Source: an uncultured Bacilli bacterium (GTDB lineage Bacteria; Bacillota_I; Bacilli_A; RF39; UBA660). From it: DNA of 32,000 nt. Each line of letters begins with the position of its first letter. Within the stretch, counting starts at the first letter, position 1. The notes beneath the pieces were generated by a model that did not search any database, was not told the DNA's origin, and saw only the letters and a program-made list of their open reading frames with translations. Where the stretch lies: positions 655 to 32,654 of the forward strand of contig CANQWY010000010.1 in NCBI GenBank assembly GCA_947627675.1, in the 5' to 3' direction. Shown piece by piece: positions 9,234 through 18,257 of the stretch. A program made the position numbers and the translations under genes.

Positions 9234-10697
9234 TCAATTTTTCTTATATTTATAAACTTTGTTTGTATTTAATTCTTCTGAATACCTATCAACTGCATCT
9301 TGCCATTCAGGCAAACGTTCAAAGCCAGCACTTTCTAATTTATTTTTTTCTAATTTTGAATTTTTAGGTCTATAAGCAATTAGGCTTATATCTTTTCCAG
9401 CATAATATTCCTCTGTTGTTACCGGATTGATAATACAATTTTTATTATTAACTTTCATAATATATTTAGCAAATTCAGCCCATGAACAATATCCTTCATT
9501 AGTTATATTGTAAGTACCATATTTTTCTGTAAAAGACATTTCAACTAATGTTTTTGCTAAATCAACTGTATAAGTTGGACTTCCAATTTGATCATCAACA
9601 ACATTTAATTTATCAAGTTTATCGGCTAATCTCAACATTGTTTTAACAAAATTATTTCCATTTATTCCGAACACCCAAGAAATTCTTGTAATAAAATGAT
9701 TGGGATTTCTTCTAACTTCTTCTTCGCCTAAATACTTAGTATTACCATAAACACTCATTGGATGAGTTTTATCATTTTCTGAATAAGTATCTTGTATATA
9801 TTTTGTACCATCAAATACATAATCAGTAGAAGTATAAATAACTTTAGCCCCAACCTCTAAAGAAGCATCTACAATATTTTTAGTTCCTTCAATGTTAACT
9901 TTTTTACATTCCTCAGGCATAACTTCTGCTTTATCTACAGCAGTCCAAGCAGCACAATGAAAAATTACATCGGGTTTATAATTCTTTACAATATTCATAA
10001 CTTGATTTATATCAGTAATATCCATATCTTTACTAGATAAAGCTAAAACATCGTATTCTCCACGCTCATATAATTCCTTAACGATGTCATAACCCAATTG
10101 TCCTGTAACTCCTGTTACTAAAAATCTTCTAGGTCTTCTATAAAATTTAGCATCACATTGCTCTAAAGTGCATCTATTACTATCTTTTGCTGATAATAAA
10201 GGCATATCTATATTATATTGATTAAAAGTATCATTCCATGGAATATTAACTTCTTTATCATCCCATGCAATACCACCTTCCATACGTGGCATATACTTAT
10301 TATCAACAAAATAATTAAATATAGCATCATCTGTTAAAGCTACAAAACCATGAGCAAATCCACGAGGTACATATAACATCTTGCCATTTTCTGGTGTTAA
10401 TTCAACTGAAGTGTATTGCCCATAAGTTTCAGAATCTTTTCTCATATCAACTACAACATCAAGTACAGCACCATTAGTACAATAAACAACTTTAGCTTGA
10501 CAATATGGATCTTTTTGAAAATGCAATCCTCTAACCGTACCTTTAACACTTTTAGATTCGCTTTTTTGATAAAATCCTTTAAATCCTAATTCTTCCAATT
10601 CTTCTTTGGTAATAGAAGAAAAATAGCCTCGATTATCACCAAATCTTTTTGGTTCTAAAATATAACAATCTTTTAAATTAGTTTCAATTTTTTTCAT
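9234..10697 (-). CDS. Bifunctional dTDP-4-dehydrorhamnose 3,5-epimerase (RmlC, N-terminal) / dTDP-4-dehydrorhamnose reductase (RmlD, C-terminal) fusion
   Basis: The N-terminal half carries FGDNRGYF, RGLHFQ and YVPRGFAHGF (RmlC cupin). The C-terminal half carries LVTGVTGQLGYD, YGNTKYLGEE (YxxxK) and DQIGSPTY (RmlD). The true start is the ATG at 10697, because the TTG extension to 10715 translates the SD GAGGAGG itself. Confidence 0.85.
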   Translation of the reverse strand: MKKIETNLKDCYILEPKRFGDNRGYFSSITKEELEELGFKGFYQKSESKSVKGTVRGLHFQKDPYCQAKVVYCTNGAVLDVVVDMRKDSETYGQYTSVELTPENGKMLYVPRGFAHGFVALTDDAIFNYFVDNKYMPRMEGGIAWDDKEVNIPWNDTFNQYNIDMPLLSAKDSNRCTLEQCDAKFYRRPRRFLVTGVTGQLGYDIVKELYERGEYDVLALSSKDMDITDINQVMNIVKNYKPDVIFHCAAWTAVDKAEVMPEECKKVNIEGTKNIVDASLEVGAKVIYTSTDYVFDGTKYIQDTYSENDKTHPMSVYGNTKYLGEEEVRRNPNHFITRISWVFGINGNNFVKTMLRLADKLDKLNVVDDQIGSPTYTVDLAKTLVEMSFTEKYGTYNITNEGYCSWAEFAKYIMKVNNKNCIINPVTTEEYYAGKDISLIAYRPKNSKLEKNKLESAGFERLPEWQDAVDRYSEELNTNKVYKYKKN

Positions 10698-10852
10698 TAG
10701 CAAAAACCTCCTCAAAGAAACTTATAATAATTATTATAATCTACTAGAACATTAAAGTAAATAACTAAATAAATTTCAATAGATAAAAATCGTAAAAAAT
10801 GAGGAAAAGCCCTTTGAAGATTTGGATAGATTAAATTTTAGATATTTTGGAT

Positions 10853-10880
10853 AATAAAAAAAGATGTAAATATCATCTTT
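10853..10880 (-). terminator. Rho-independent terminator after the sugar transferase gene
   Basis: Minus strand AAGATG-ATATTTA-CATCTT followed by T7. Confidence 0.5.
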
Positions 10881-10905
10881 CTAAAAAATACATATTATTA
10901 TTATT

Positions 10906-11610
10906 TTACTTAGCACCTTTACTAAATAATACTACTTCAAATGTTTTAAAAAATATTTTGATATCCATTTTTAGTGAATTGTTTTTTGAATAATAACTTT
11001 CTAATTCTAATCTTTTCTTAAAAGTCACATCGCTTCTACCACTTACTTGCCAATATCCTGTAATACCCGGTTTTGTTTTTACTATCTCTCCAAAGTATTT
11101 TCCCATATCTGCTTTTTCACGAGGTAAATATGGCCTATTCCCTATTAAAGACATATCTCCTTTTAAAACGTTTATTAATTGAGGAAGTTCATCAATTGAT
11201 AATTTTCTTATTAATTTACCAACCTTTGTAATTCTTGGATCATCTTTGAATTTTTTATTTATTTTATATTCTTTAGCCTTTTCTTTATCATTTTTTAATG
11301 TCTCAAATAATATTTCATCTGCGTTTACAACCATAGATCTATATTTGTAAAATTTAAAATGTTTTCCATTTTTACCAATTCTTTCTTGAGTAAAAATAAT
11401 TTTATGAAAATCGCCTGTTAAAATATATGCTATTTTAATTATAATTGTAATGGGTATTAAAAAAAGAATTCCTATTATTGATACAATAATATCAAAAAGA
11501 CGTTTAATAAAATGATAGCCTTCTACCCTTATCTTTGATATTTCCTTTTCTTCTAATCCCATAATACTGCTTTTCATTTCTCTATCAAATCCTAAAATTT
11601 CACTATTCAT
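10906..11610 (-). CDS. Polyprenyl-phosphate sugar-1-phosphate transferase (bacterial sugar transferase family, WbaP/EpsL-like short form)
   Basis: Motifs seen: ...KRLFDIIVSIIGILFLIP...FTQERIGKNGKHFKFYKYRSM...DELPQLINVLKGDMSLIGNRP...GITGYWQVSGRS.... SD is GGGGAG. Confidence 0.9.
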   Translation of the reverse strand: MNSEILGFDREMKSSIMGLEEKEISKIRVEGYHFIKRLFDIIVSIIGILFLIPITIIIKIAYILTGDFHKIIFTQERIGKNGKHFKFYKYRSMVVNADEILFETLKNDKEKAKEYKINKKFKDDPRITKVGKLIRKLSIDELPQLINVLKGDMSLIGNRPYLPREKADMGKYFGEIVKTKPGITGYWQVSGRSDVTFKKRLELESYYSKNNSLKMDIKIFFKTFEVVLFSKGAK

Positions 11611-11644
11611 AAAAAACTCCCCTTCTTTATTAATTTGTGGCTAT

Positions 11645-11673
11645 ATTATATCGCCTAATTCACAAATTGTAAA
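11645..11673 (-). promoter_or_regulatory. Sigma-A-type promoter of the sugar transferase gene: TTTACA-17 nt-TATAAT
   Basis: Minus strand TTTACA (11673-11668), a 17-nt spacer, then TATAAT (11650-11645). Confidence 0.5.
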
Positions 11674-11773
11674 GAAAAATAATGACTAATTTTGTCGTTT
11701 TTGATATTTTTTATACGACATTTTTTTAATTTAATCGACAAATTGGATTAATTTTACAAATTTATCCAAAATT

Positions 11774-11881
11774 TCACCTTAATTTTTCCTCATCACACAT
11801 TTTAGCAAGTCTTAATGAGCAAAAAATAAATAATAATATTATACAAAATACAACTATTATAAATAATAATATAAACTTAAT
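11774..11881 (-). CDS. Possible 35-aa hydrophobic peptide with charged tail (IKFILLFIIVVFCIILLFIFCSLRLAKMCDEEKLR); it has no canonical start codon, only ATT 6 nt after AAAGGAG
   Basis: SD GGAG lies at 11891-11888, ATT codons at 11887 and 11881, and TGA at 11776-11774. An extended -10 TGTTACAAT lies upstream at 11985-11977. Confidence 0.2.
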   Translation of the reverse strand: MKFILLFIIVVFCIILLFIFCSLRLAKMCDEEKLR

Positions 11882-12063
11882 ATTAATCTCCTTTCAGCCT
11901 ACTATTTATAAGCACTTCAATTATTCCCCTATTATATACTACTTATATTGTTGCACTTCTATACTTCTTAAATATGATTGTAACATATTTTAAAATTAAA
12001 AAAAACAAAATTCGACTATTTTTAGAAAAAATTTTAAATTTTACATTCATTATTTTGTTCAAA

Positions 12064-12089
12064 TAAAAAAAGACCATACATAATAGTCT
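12064..12089 (-). terminator. Rho-independent terminator after mraY
   Basis: Minus strand AGACTA-7 nt-TGGTCT (one G-U pair) followed by T7. Confidence 0.5.
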
Positions 12090-12114
12090 AATTTTAAAGT
12101 AATATCATAATAAT

Positions 12115-13095
12115 TTATAACCAAACACCAAATATTATTCCCGCCATAGCAAGCACTAATCCAAATATCCAGAAAGTTTTAACAATATCTGTTTCCTTCC
12201 AGCCTAATTTTTCAAAATGATGATGTATTGGTGTCATTAAAAATACCTTTTTATGAAATAATTGTACTGATAATGTCTGAATAATAACGGATAACGTTTC
12301 TATTACAAACACTAATGCAACTACTACAAGTGTTAATTCTCTATGAGTAAGTATTGCAATAGCCCCCATAGTGGCACCTAAAGTCAAACTACCAGTATCT
12401 CCCATAAATATTTTAGCAGGATAAGTATTATATACTAAAAAGCCAAGTAAACTTCCACATAATACTAAAGAAAATATCCCTAAATCTTCATAACCAACCA
12501 TTAATGATATTAAAGAAAAGGCAATAAAAGCTATCGCTGAAAGGCCACCAGCCAAACCATCTAAGCCATCTGTTAGATTAACTGCATTACTTGAGCCAAC
12601 TAATACAAATAAAATAAATAATCCATATACAAATCCAAGTTCTAAATCAATATGTAAAGTACCAACTGTAAAAGCAGTTTGCCCTCCATTTTTCATATAA
12701 ATATAGAAAAAACCTATAGCAATTAAAACTTGCATAAATAGTTTCTGATATGTCGTAAGACCTTCATTATTCTTCTTTTTTATAGATAAATAATCATCTA
12801 AAAAGCCTATAATTGCATAACCTATAAATACTATAAAAATTATTCCTAAATTTGAAGTATATGCTACTTTATCTGTTATTAGTAAAGTAATCATAGTTAA
12901 TAATGTTGATAAAATAAATATTAAGCCGCCCATTGTTGGAGTTCCTTCTTTTTGTTTATGAGACTCTGCAACAAAAACACTAATTCTCTGACCAACATGC
13001 ATTTTTTTTAACCAAGGTATTAATATAAAACCAAACAAACTTGCTAACAAAAAACCAATCATTACAGCAAAAACAGCCTTAGTTAATAACAACAT
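12115..13095 (-). CDS. mraY: Phospho-N-acetylmuramoyl-pentapeptide transferase
   Basis: Polytopic protein with ...KQKEGTPTMGG..., ...NAVNLTDGLDGLA..., ...FMGDTGSL... and ...PIHHHFE.... The ATG at 13095 lies 7 nt after GGAG; the track start at 13098 is a TTG one codon upstream. Confidence 0.95.
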   Translation of the reverse strand: MLLLTKAVFAVMIGFLLASLFGFILIPWLKKMHVGQRISVFVAESHKQKEGTPTMGGLIFILSTLLTMITLLITDKVAYTSNLGIIFIVFIGYAIIGFLDDYLSIKKKNNEGLTTYQKLFMQVLIAIGFFYIYMKNGGQTAFTVGTLHIDLELGFVYGLFILFVLVGSSNAVNLTDGLDGLAGGLSAIAFIAFSLISLMVGYEDLGIFSLVLCGSLLGFLVYNTYPAKIFMGDTGSLTLGATMGAIAILTHRELTLVVVALVFVIETLSVIIQTLSVQLFHKKVFLMTPIHHHFEKLGWKETDIVKTFWIFGLVLAMAGIIFGVWL

Positions 13096-13189
13096 CAAAT
13101 CACTCCATTTCTACTTAGAATATTATAACATACTAATATATAGTTTAATAAATATTTTATATATTATTATACATAAATTTACACTTATT

Positions 13190-15097
13190 TTAATTTCCTA
13201 AAAGTAATCTTATAACTGTATTTTGTTCAACTCTAGTTCCAGCATCTGGTGATTGACCAATAATTTTATCACCACTTCCAGCATATTCGATAGTAAAATT
13301 ATTAAGTAGATCTTCTGCTTCTTTTTTTGTTTTTCCAATTACATTTGGTACTTCATAAACTGGAATATCAGACCATTCTAATTCTTTTTCTATTTGATTT
13401 TTTTGTTTTTTAATATCAAGGGCATCAATTATATCCAGTAAAATTCTTCTTGCTATTGGAGTAGTAGTATAACTTGATAACATAGCTGTATGTTTGGGAT
13501 TATCTATTGCAAGATATAATACAGCTTCTGGATCATTTGCAGGTACAACAGACATAAATGACATAATATAATTATTTACTAAATATTGGCCATTTTCAAC
13601 TTTTTGTGCTGTTCCTGTTTTTCCGCCTATTCTATAACCATCAATATAAGCTGCCCTTCCTCCACCTAAAGCTACAACATTTTCTAAAGCTCTTCTCATT
13701 ATTTTTGAGGTTTCATTACTAATTACTTTTCTTACAAATTTCTTATCATTTTGTTTTATGACATTTCCAGTTTCTTTTTCTAAAATATTTTTAACTACAT
13801 AAGGAGTATATAAATTACCCCCGTTAACAACAGCAGATACTGCCGTTACTTGTTGAATTGGAGTTACACTTATCCCTTGGCCAAATGCTGTTGTTGCAAG
13901 TTCAATATTTCCAACACTTGATAAAGGAAAAATTATTCCCTTTCCTTCACCACTTAGATCTATTCCTGTTTTAGAACCGAAACCAAACTTATCTAGATAT
14001 GAAAACAATCTTTCTTTTCCTAATAGTTGACCCATTTTTACAAAACCAGGGTTACATGAATTTTGAAGTACTTCCATAAAAGTTTGGGCCCCATGGCCTC
14101 CTGCTTTCCAGCATTTTATTATAGCAGTATCAACTTTTACTTTTCCAGCATCATAAAAATGATCATTATCTAAATCAACTACTTTTTCCTCAACTGCAGC
14201 CGCTGTTGTAATAATTTTTTGGGTTGATCCAGGTTCATAAGTTGCCCAAATTGGTAAATTACGACTTAATTCTTCTGTTTTATAATCTTGATAATTATTT
14301 GGATCAAAATTAGGTCTGCTACTCATTCCATATATTTCTCCTGTATTAGGATTCATAACAACTGCTAAAGCCATATCTGGAGTAAACATTGAAACAACAT
14401 TATCTAATTCTCTTTCTAAGGATTTTTGGATATTTATATCTATTGTAAGTTGGATATCCATTCCATCTTGAGGTTCTAGATATATATCAGCCATATCTAA
14501 TTTATTTCCTTTCGCATCGGAAAAATATTTAATAGCTCCACTTTCTCCAGTTAAATACTTATCATACTGAAGCTCAAGTCCTGATAAACCTTGATTGTCT
14601 ATTCCAACATATCCTAAAACATGAGACAATAATTTACCATATGGATAGTTTCTCTTTGATTCCTTAACTAAATAAACTCCTTTTAAATTTAGAGCATTTA
14701 TTTTATCTGCTATTTCATAACTTAATCTTCTACCTTCAGGATGCACTCTCTCAATTGATGTTACTTTACTAACATGTTTATACATTTCTTCATAACTAAC
14801 ATTTAATATCTCTGCTAAAGCTTTAGCTGTCTTTTTCTTATTTTTTATTTGATTTGGTACTACAACAAGTGAAGTTGTAGTAAGATTATCAGCCAATACT
14901 TCACCATTCCTATCTAATATTCTTCCCCTATTAGCCTCCACTGGTAAATCTCTACTCCATAGATCACTTGCAAGATATGATAATTTTTTATAATCAAATA
15001 TTTGAACATAAAAGACTTTCAAAATAATCAAGAAAAATGCTAAAAACAAAAATAATGTAAATATCTTTATTCTTTTATCAATATTTTTTAAAAACAT
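13190..15097 (-). CDS. Class B penicillin-binding protein (FtsI/PBP2B/SpoVD family) with one C-terminal PASTA domain
   Basis: N-terminal TM anchor. Transpeptidase motifs STQK (SxxK), SCN (SxN) and KTGT are present. The C-terminal ...VPNVIGKTKKEAEDLL...GQSPDAGTRV... is PASTA-like. SD is AGGTGA. Confidence 0.9.
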   Translation of the reverse strand: MFLKNIDKRIKIFTLFLFLAFFLIILKVFYVQIFDYKKLSYLASDLWSRDLPVEANRGRILDRNGEVLADNLTTTSLVVVPNQIKNKKKTAKALAEILNVSYEEMYKHVSKVTSIERVHPEGRRLSYEIADKINALNLKGVYLVKESKRNYPYGKLLSHVLGYVGIDNQGLSGLELQYDKYLTGESGAIKYFSDAKGNKLDMADIYLEPQDGMDIQLTIDINIQKSLERELDNVVSMFTPDMALAVVMNPNTGEIYGMSSRPNFDPNNYQDYKTEELSRNLPIWATYEPGSTQKIITTAAAVEEKVVDLDNDHFYDAGKVKVDTAIIKCWKAGGHGAQTFMEVLQNSCNPGFVKMGQLLGKERLFSYLDKFGFGSKTGIDLSGEGKGIIFPLSSVGNIELATTAFGQGISVTPIQQVTAVSAVVNGGNLYTPYVVKNILEKETGNVIKQNDKKFVRKVISNETSKIMRRALENVVALGGGRAAYIDGYRIGGKTGTAQKVENGQYLVNNYIMSFMSVVPANDPEAVLYLAIDNPKHTAMLSSYTTTPIARRILLDIIDALDIKKQKNQIEKELEWSDIPVYEVPNVIGKTKKEAEDLLNNFTIEYAGSGDKIIGQSPDAGTRVEQNTVIRLLLGN

Positions 15098-15159
15098 ATA
15101 GTCACCTATTCTTAATTATGATTTAAAAAAAAGAAAAAGAACATACATTTTGTCGATAT
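15084..15159. repeat. Direct repeat copy A (functional PBP leader, SD and first codons)
   Basis: 76 nt from tttttt-aaaaa-catatagtcacctatt... to ...acatacattttgtcgatat. It matches 18837-18910 with three differences. Confidence 0.9.
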
Positions 15160-15201
15160 ATTCTTATTAATAGGCTCAATAACATTTTTTCAATTATACT
15201 T

Positions 15202-15843
15202 TTATCTAGATGTTATTTTTTTCAAACTTCCATCATCCATTCTATATACTTCATCACATAAAGTATCAATATCTTCTTTTATATGCGTTGCGATTATAAT
15301 TAATTTTCCTTTTTTCTTCTCCTCTAATAATAAATTTCTTATTTTTTTTGCACTTTTATCATCTAAACCATTAAAAGGTTCATCTAAAATTAATACCTTA
15401 GGGTTTTCCATTATAACTTGTGCAATACCTAATTTTTGTTTCATACCTAACGAATATTTATAATATTTTTTATTTCCTTCATCATATAAATCAACTTTCT
15501 TTAAGACATCATCTATTTCTTTATCAGAAATAGAATTTTGTATTGACGCTAATAATAATAAATTTTCTTTTCCAGTTAAATCAGGTAAAAAATTAGGTTT
15601 TTCTATCAACGCACGAGTATTAGGAGGAAAAATATTATTTTCATTAATATCTAAATCATCATATAATATTTTACCTTCTGAAGGTTCATAAAAAGAACAA
15701 ATCAGTTTTAATAAAATACTTTTACCTGATCCATTTCGACCAACAATGCCATATATTTTACCACTGTCAAATGTAATATTTAAATTTTTTATTATTTCAA
15801 TACTATTAATCTTTTTAGTTAAATGTTCTAATTTTATTTTCAT
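15202..15843 (-). CDS. ABC transporter ATP-binding protein (BcrA/LanF-like short ATPase)
   Basis: Walker A GRNGSGKS, signature YSLGMKQKLGIA, Walker B LILDEP. It is the last gene of a tightly packed five-gene operon. Confidence 0.9.
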   Translation of the reverse strand: MKIKLEHLTKKINSIEIIKNLNITFDSGKIYGIVGRNGSGKSILLKLICSFYEPSEGKILYDDLDINENNIFPPNTRALIEKPNFLPDLTGKENLLLLASIQNSISDKEIDDVLKKVDLYDEGNKKYYKYSLGMKQKLGIAQVIMENPKVLILDEPFNGLDDKSAKKIRNLLLEEKKKGKLIIIATHIKEDIDTLCDEVYRMDDGSLKKITSR

Positions 15844-15845
15844 AA

Positions 15846-16532
15846 TTAAATTTTACCTACCTTTTGTATTATTTTTTTACTTTTATATTTGAACAATATT
15901 TTTAATATTATAAATAGTATATACAATACTATAATCATAATAGTTAAACTAGAATAACAAGATATTATATTTTTAGGAAAATAATAACTAATTATAAAAA
16001 TTATTATCATAATAAATATTTTAAATTTTTCTAATAAAAAATACATAATATATATCATTAATGATAAATACTGAATAAAAATATAGTATATATAATCGGT
16101 TATAAATAATTTTAATATATAACCAAAATCCATATTATGTTTAAAAAGAAATATAATAAAAATAATTATAAAATATTCAAGCAACTTAAAAATATACATA
16201 AATAACAAAAACGATAAGAATTTTATTTCAATCCATATAATAGGTTTCATTCTTAAAAATATATTATCCAATTGATATCTAAGATCCTTGGTATATATGT
16301 CAAAAATAAAATATATGCATATAAATAGGTTTAATAAATACATAATTACTTCAATATATAAAGATGTTGAAGTATAATTATTTCCTAAAACTATACTAAT
16401 AACTTCTTTATAATCCATTTTTCCTATAGAATAAAAGATACTTATGATAATAATACTAATAAAATATATAATAAATATCTTTCGCTGTCTTTTAAAAATA
16501 TGACTAATATCATTTAAAAATATATATTTCAT
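15846..16532 (-). CDS. Polytopic membrane protein, putative ABC-2-type permease component
   Basis: 228 aa and almost entirely hydrophobic helices. It sits 1-2 nt from both neighbouring genes. Confidence 0.65.
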   Translation of the reverse strand: MKYIFLNDISHIFKRQRKIFIIYFISIIIISIFYSIGKMDYKEVISIVLGNNYTSTSLYIEVIMYLLNLFICIYFIFDIYTKDLRYQLDNIFLRMKPIIWIEIKFLSFLLFMYIFKLLEYFIIIFIIFLFKHNMDFGYILKLFITDYIYYIFIQYLSLMIYIMYFLLEKFKIFIMIIIFIISYYFPKNIISCYSSLTIMIIVLYILFIILKILFKYKSKKIIQKVGKI

Positions 16533-16533
16533 T

Positions 16534-17271
16534 TTATTTTTTCCTTCTATATATATAATTTAAGCAAAAAATCACTAAAAAATATAATATAAATAAAAAT
16601 AATAGTGTAGATATTATTTCTTTACTAAATGTAGAGTAATTAACATTTGAAAAGTAATTCCAAGGAATAATATTTATAGCATTTTTTATATAATTATTAC
16701 TCGGATATAGAATAAATCCCATTATAAAAACCAAATTGAAAAATAATATTTTCCATTGAATTTTTTGATATAATATAACATTTAGCAAAGAAATTAAAGT
16801 TAATATTAAAAAATATCTTATAATATAAAATATCATATATGTATTATTATCAACAGAATAATTAAGATAATTAAGATTATTTAAATTGCTTCCTTTTAAA
16901 AGAAGACAAAAACTAATAACCATAATAAATAACATTATAAGATAAATTATATTATATATTGATGTAAAAAACATAATTTCTTTTGTAGCTTCCTTTTTTG
17001 ATTTTTTTCTTATTAAATAAAAGTCAAATTTTTTTGAAAAAATAGAACATACAGATAATGTATTAAAAAATACTATCAAAAATAATAATATATTAAATAT
17101 AGGAAATTGGAATATAAGAAGTATAGATTCTGATAAACTATTAGCCTCTATACCTAAAACAATAGCACCATAAAGTGCAATAATTAGTGTAATAAAAAAT
17201 ATAACCTTAAATTTTTCAGTGTCCATTAAATACTTTAATAATACAAAAAAATTATGCGATCTGCTTCTCAT
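16534..17271 (-). CDS. Polytopic membrane protein, putative ABC-2-type permease component
   Basis: 245 aa with about 6 hydrophobic helices. The start is uncertain between 17271 and the ATG at 17226. Confidence 0.65.
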   Translation of the reverse strand: MRSRSHNFFVLLKYLMDTEKFKVIFFITLIIALYGAIVLGIEANSLSESILLIFQFPIFNILLFLIVFFNTLSVCSIFSKKFDFYLIRKKSKKEATKEIMFFTSIYNIIYLIMLFIMVISFCLLLKGSNLNNLNYLNYSVDNNTYMIFYIIRYFLILTLISLLNVILYQKIQWKILFFNLVFIMGFILYPSNNYIKNAINIIPWNYFSNVNYSTFSKEIISTLLFLFILYFLVIFCLNYIYRRKK

Positions 17272-18208
17272 TTTCCATCACTACTTTCTCTTTATTATAT
17301 ATTTTTTTATATATAATTATAAAATTACATAATACAATTAAAAATGAAATTAATAACAATAATCCATAATTCATTTTATCATTAAAAAACCAATAACCAC
17401 TAATATTAAAATATTCTGCCAAACCATTAATATTAAAAATTTTTTTAACAATAATTGAATATAAAACTATATATATAAATAAATATTCAATAAGAAAGAA
17501 AATATAGGATAACACACATGCAATTACAGAATTTTTATTTTTTAAACAATTAATCAAGCCTAATAAGCCATACATAATGCTCATAATATATTGTAATAAG
17601 CAAATTATCGCTCCATATAGAATAAAATTATTATATTTCCAATCACTATATACCGCTATTTGTTTTACTTTTTCATCAACCTTAAAATTAAATTTTGTAA
17701 TTAAACACGATAATATAAATATAAATAATAAACTAACAGGGATAATAAAAGATATTTTTAATATTTTAATAAATTGCACTTTTAAATAATCTTTATATCT
17801 CATTCTAGTTAAGTAATTTTTAAACATGCCTGAATTAAAATATTTATGAATACTTCCTATTACTGCAATTATAATCAATATAGGTGCTAATAACTGCATT
17901 ACTGAAAACAAACCGTTTTCTACTATTTCACAAGTTAAAGTTATTGCATCTAGTTTTTTAAATTTATTTCTTGGATCATTATCTTCTAAATAATTTTTTA
18001 ATTCTTTTTCATTAGGAAATGATGAACAAAATTTATCATTCTTATTTTTGTCTATGAGACACGTTTCTTTTTTATTTTCAAAAAATTGCGAATTTGAATA
18101 ATAATCATTAAAATATTGAAAAAAGGAAAAACATGTAATAAATCCAATAATCACTAAAATTACTACTACTATTTTATTATACTTGAAAAGCTCTCTTAAC
18201 TTTTTCAT
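17252..18208 (-). CDS. Polytopic membrane protein with a Cys-containing extracytoplasmic loop after TM1, putative ABC-2-type permease component
   Basis: 318 aa. The topology is TM1, a ~90-aa loop (4 Cys), then ~5 TMs, which is typical of ABC-2 permeases. Confidence 0.65.
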   Translation of the reverse strand: MKKLRELFKYNKIVVVILVIIGFITCFSFFQYFNDYYSNSQFFENKKETCLIDKNKNDKFCSSFPNEKELKNYLEDNDPRNKFKKLDAITLTCEIVENGLFSVMQLLAPILIIIAVIGSIHKYFNSGMFKNYLTRMRYKDYLKVQFIKILKISFIIPVSLLFIFILSCLITKFNFKVDEKVKQIAVYSDWKYNNFILYGAIICLLQYIMSIMYGLLGLINCLKNKNSVIACVLSYIFFLIEYLFIYIVLYSIIVKKIFNINGLAEYFNISGYWFFNDKMNYGLLLLISFLIVLCNFIIIYKKIYNKEKVVMENEKQIA

Positions 18209-18257
18209 ACTTCCTCCAATAATTGTAATAGAGTGATATTAATTTTACTTTACTTTT

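Noticed and set aside
10698-10715. N-terminal extension MRRFLL of the RmlC-RmlD ORF
   Set aside because: The extension begins at a TTG and literally translates the SD GAGGAGG, so the ATG at 10697 has ideal spacing. Similar over-extensions were trimmed for the KH gene (20308 to 20275), the 7994 gene (8779 to 8734), mraY (13098 to 13095) and galE (21641 to 21632).
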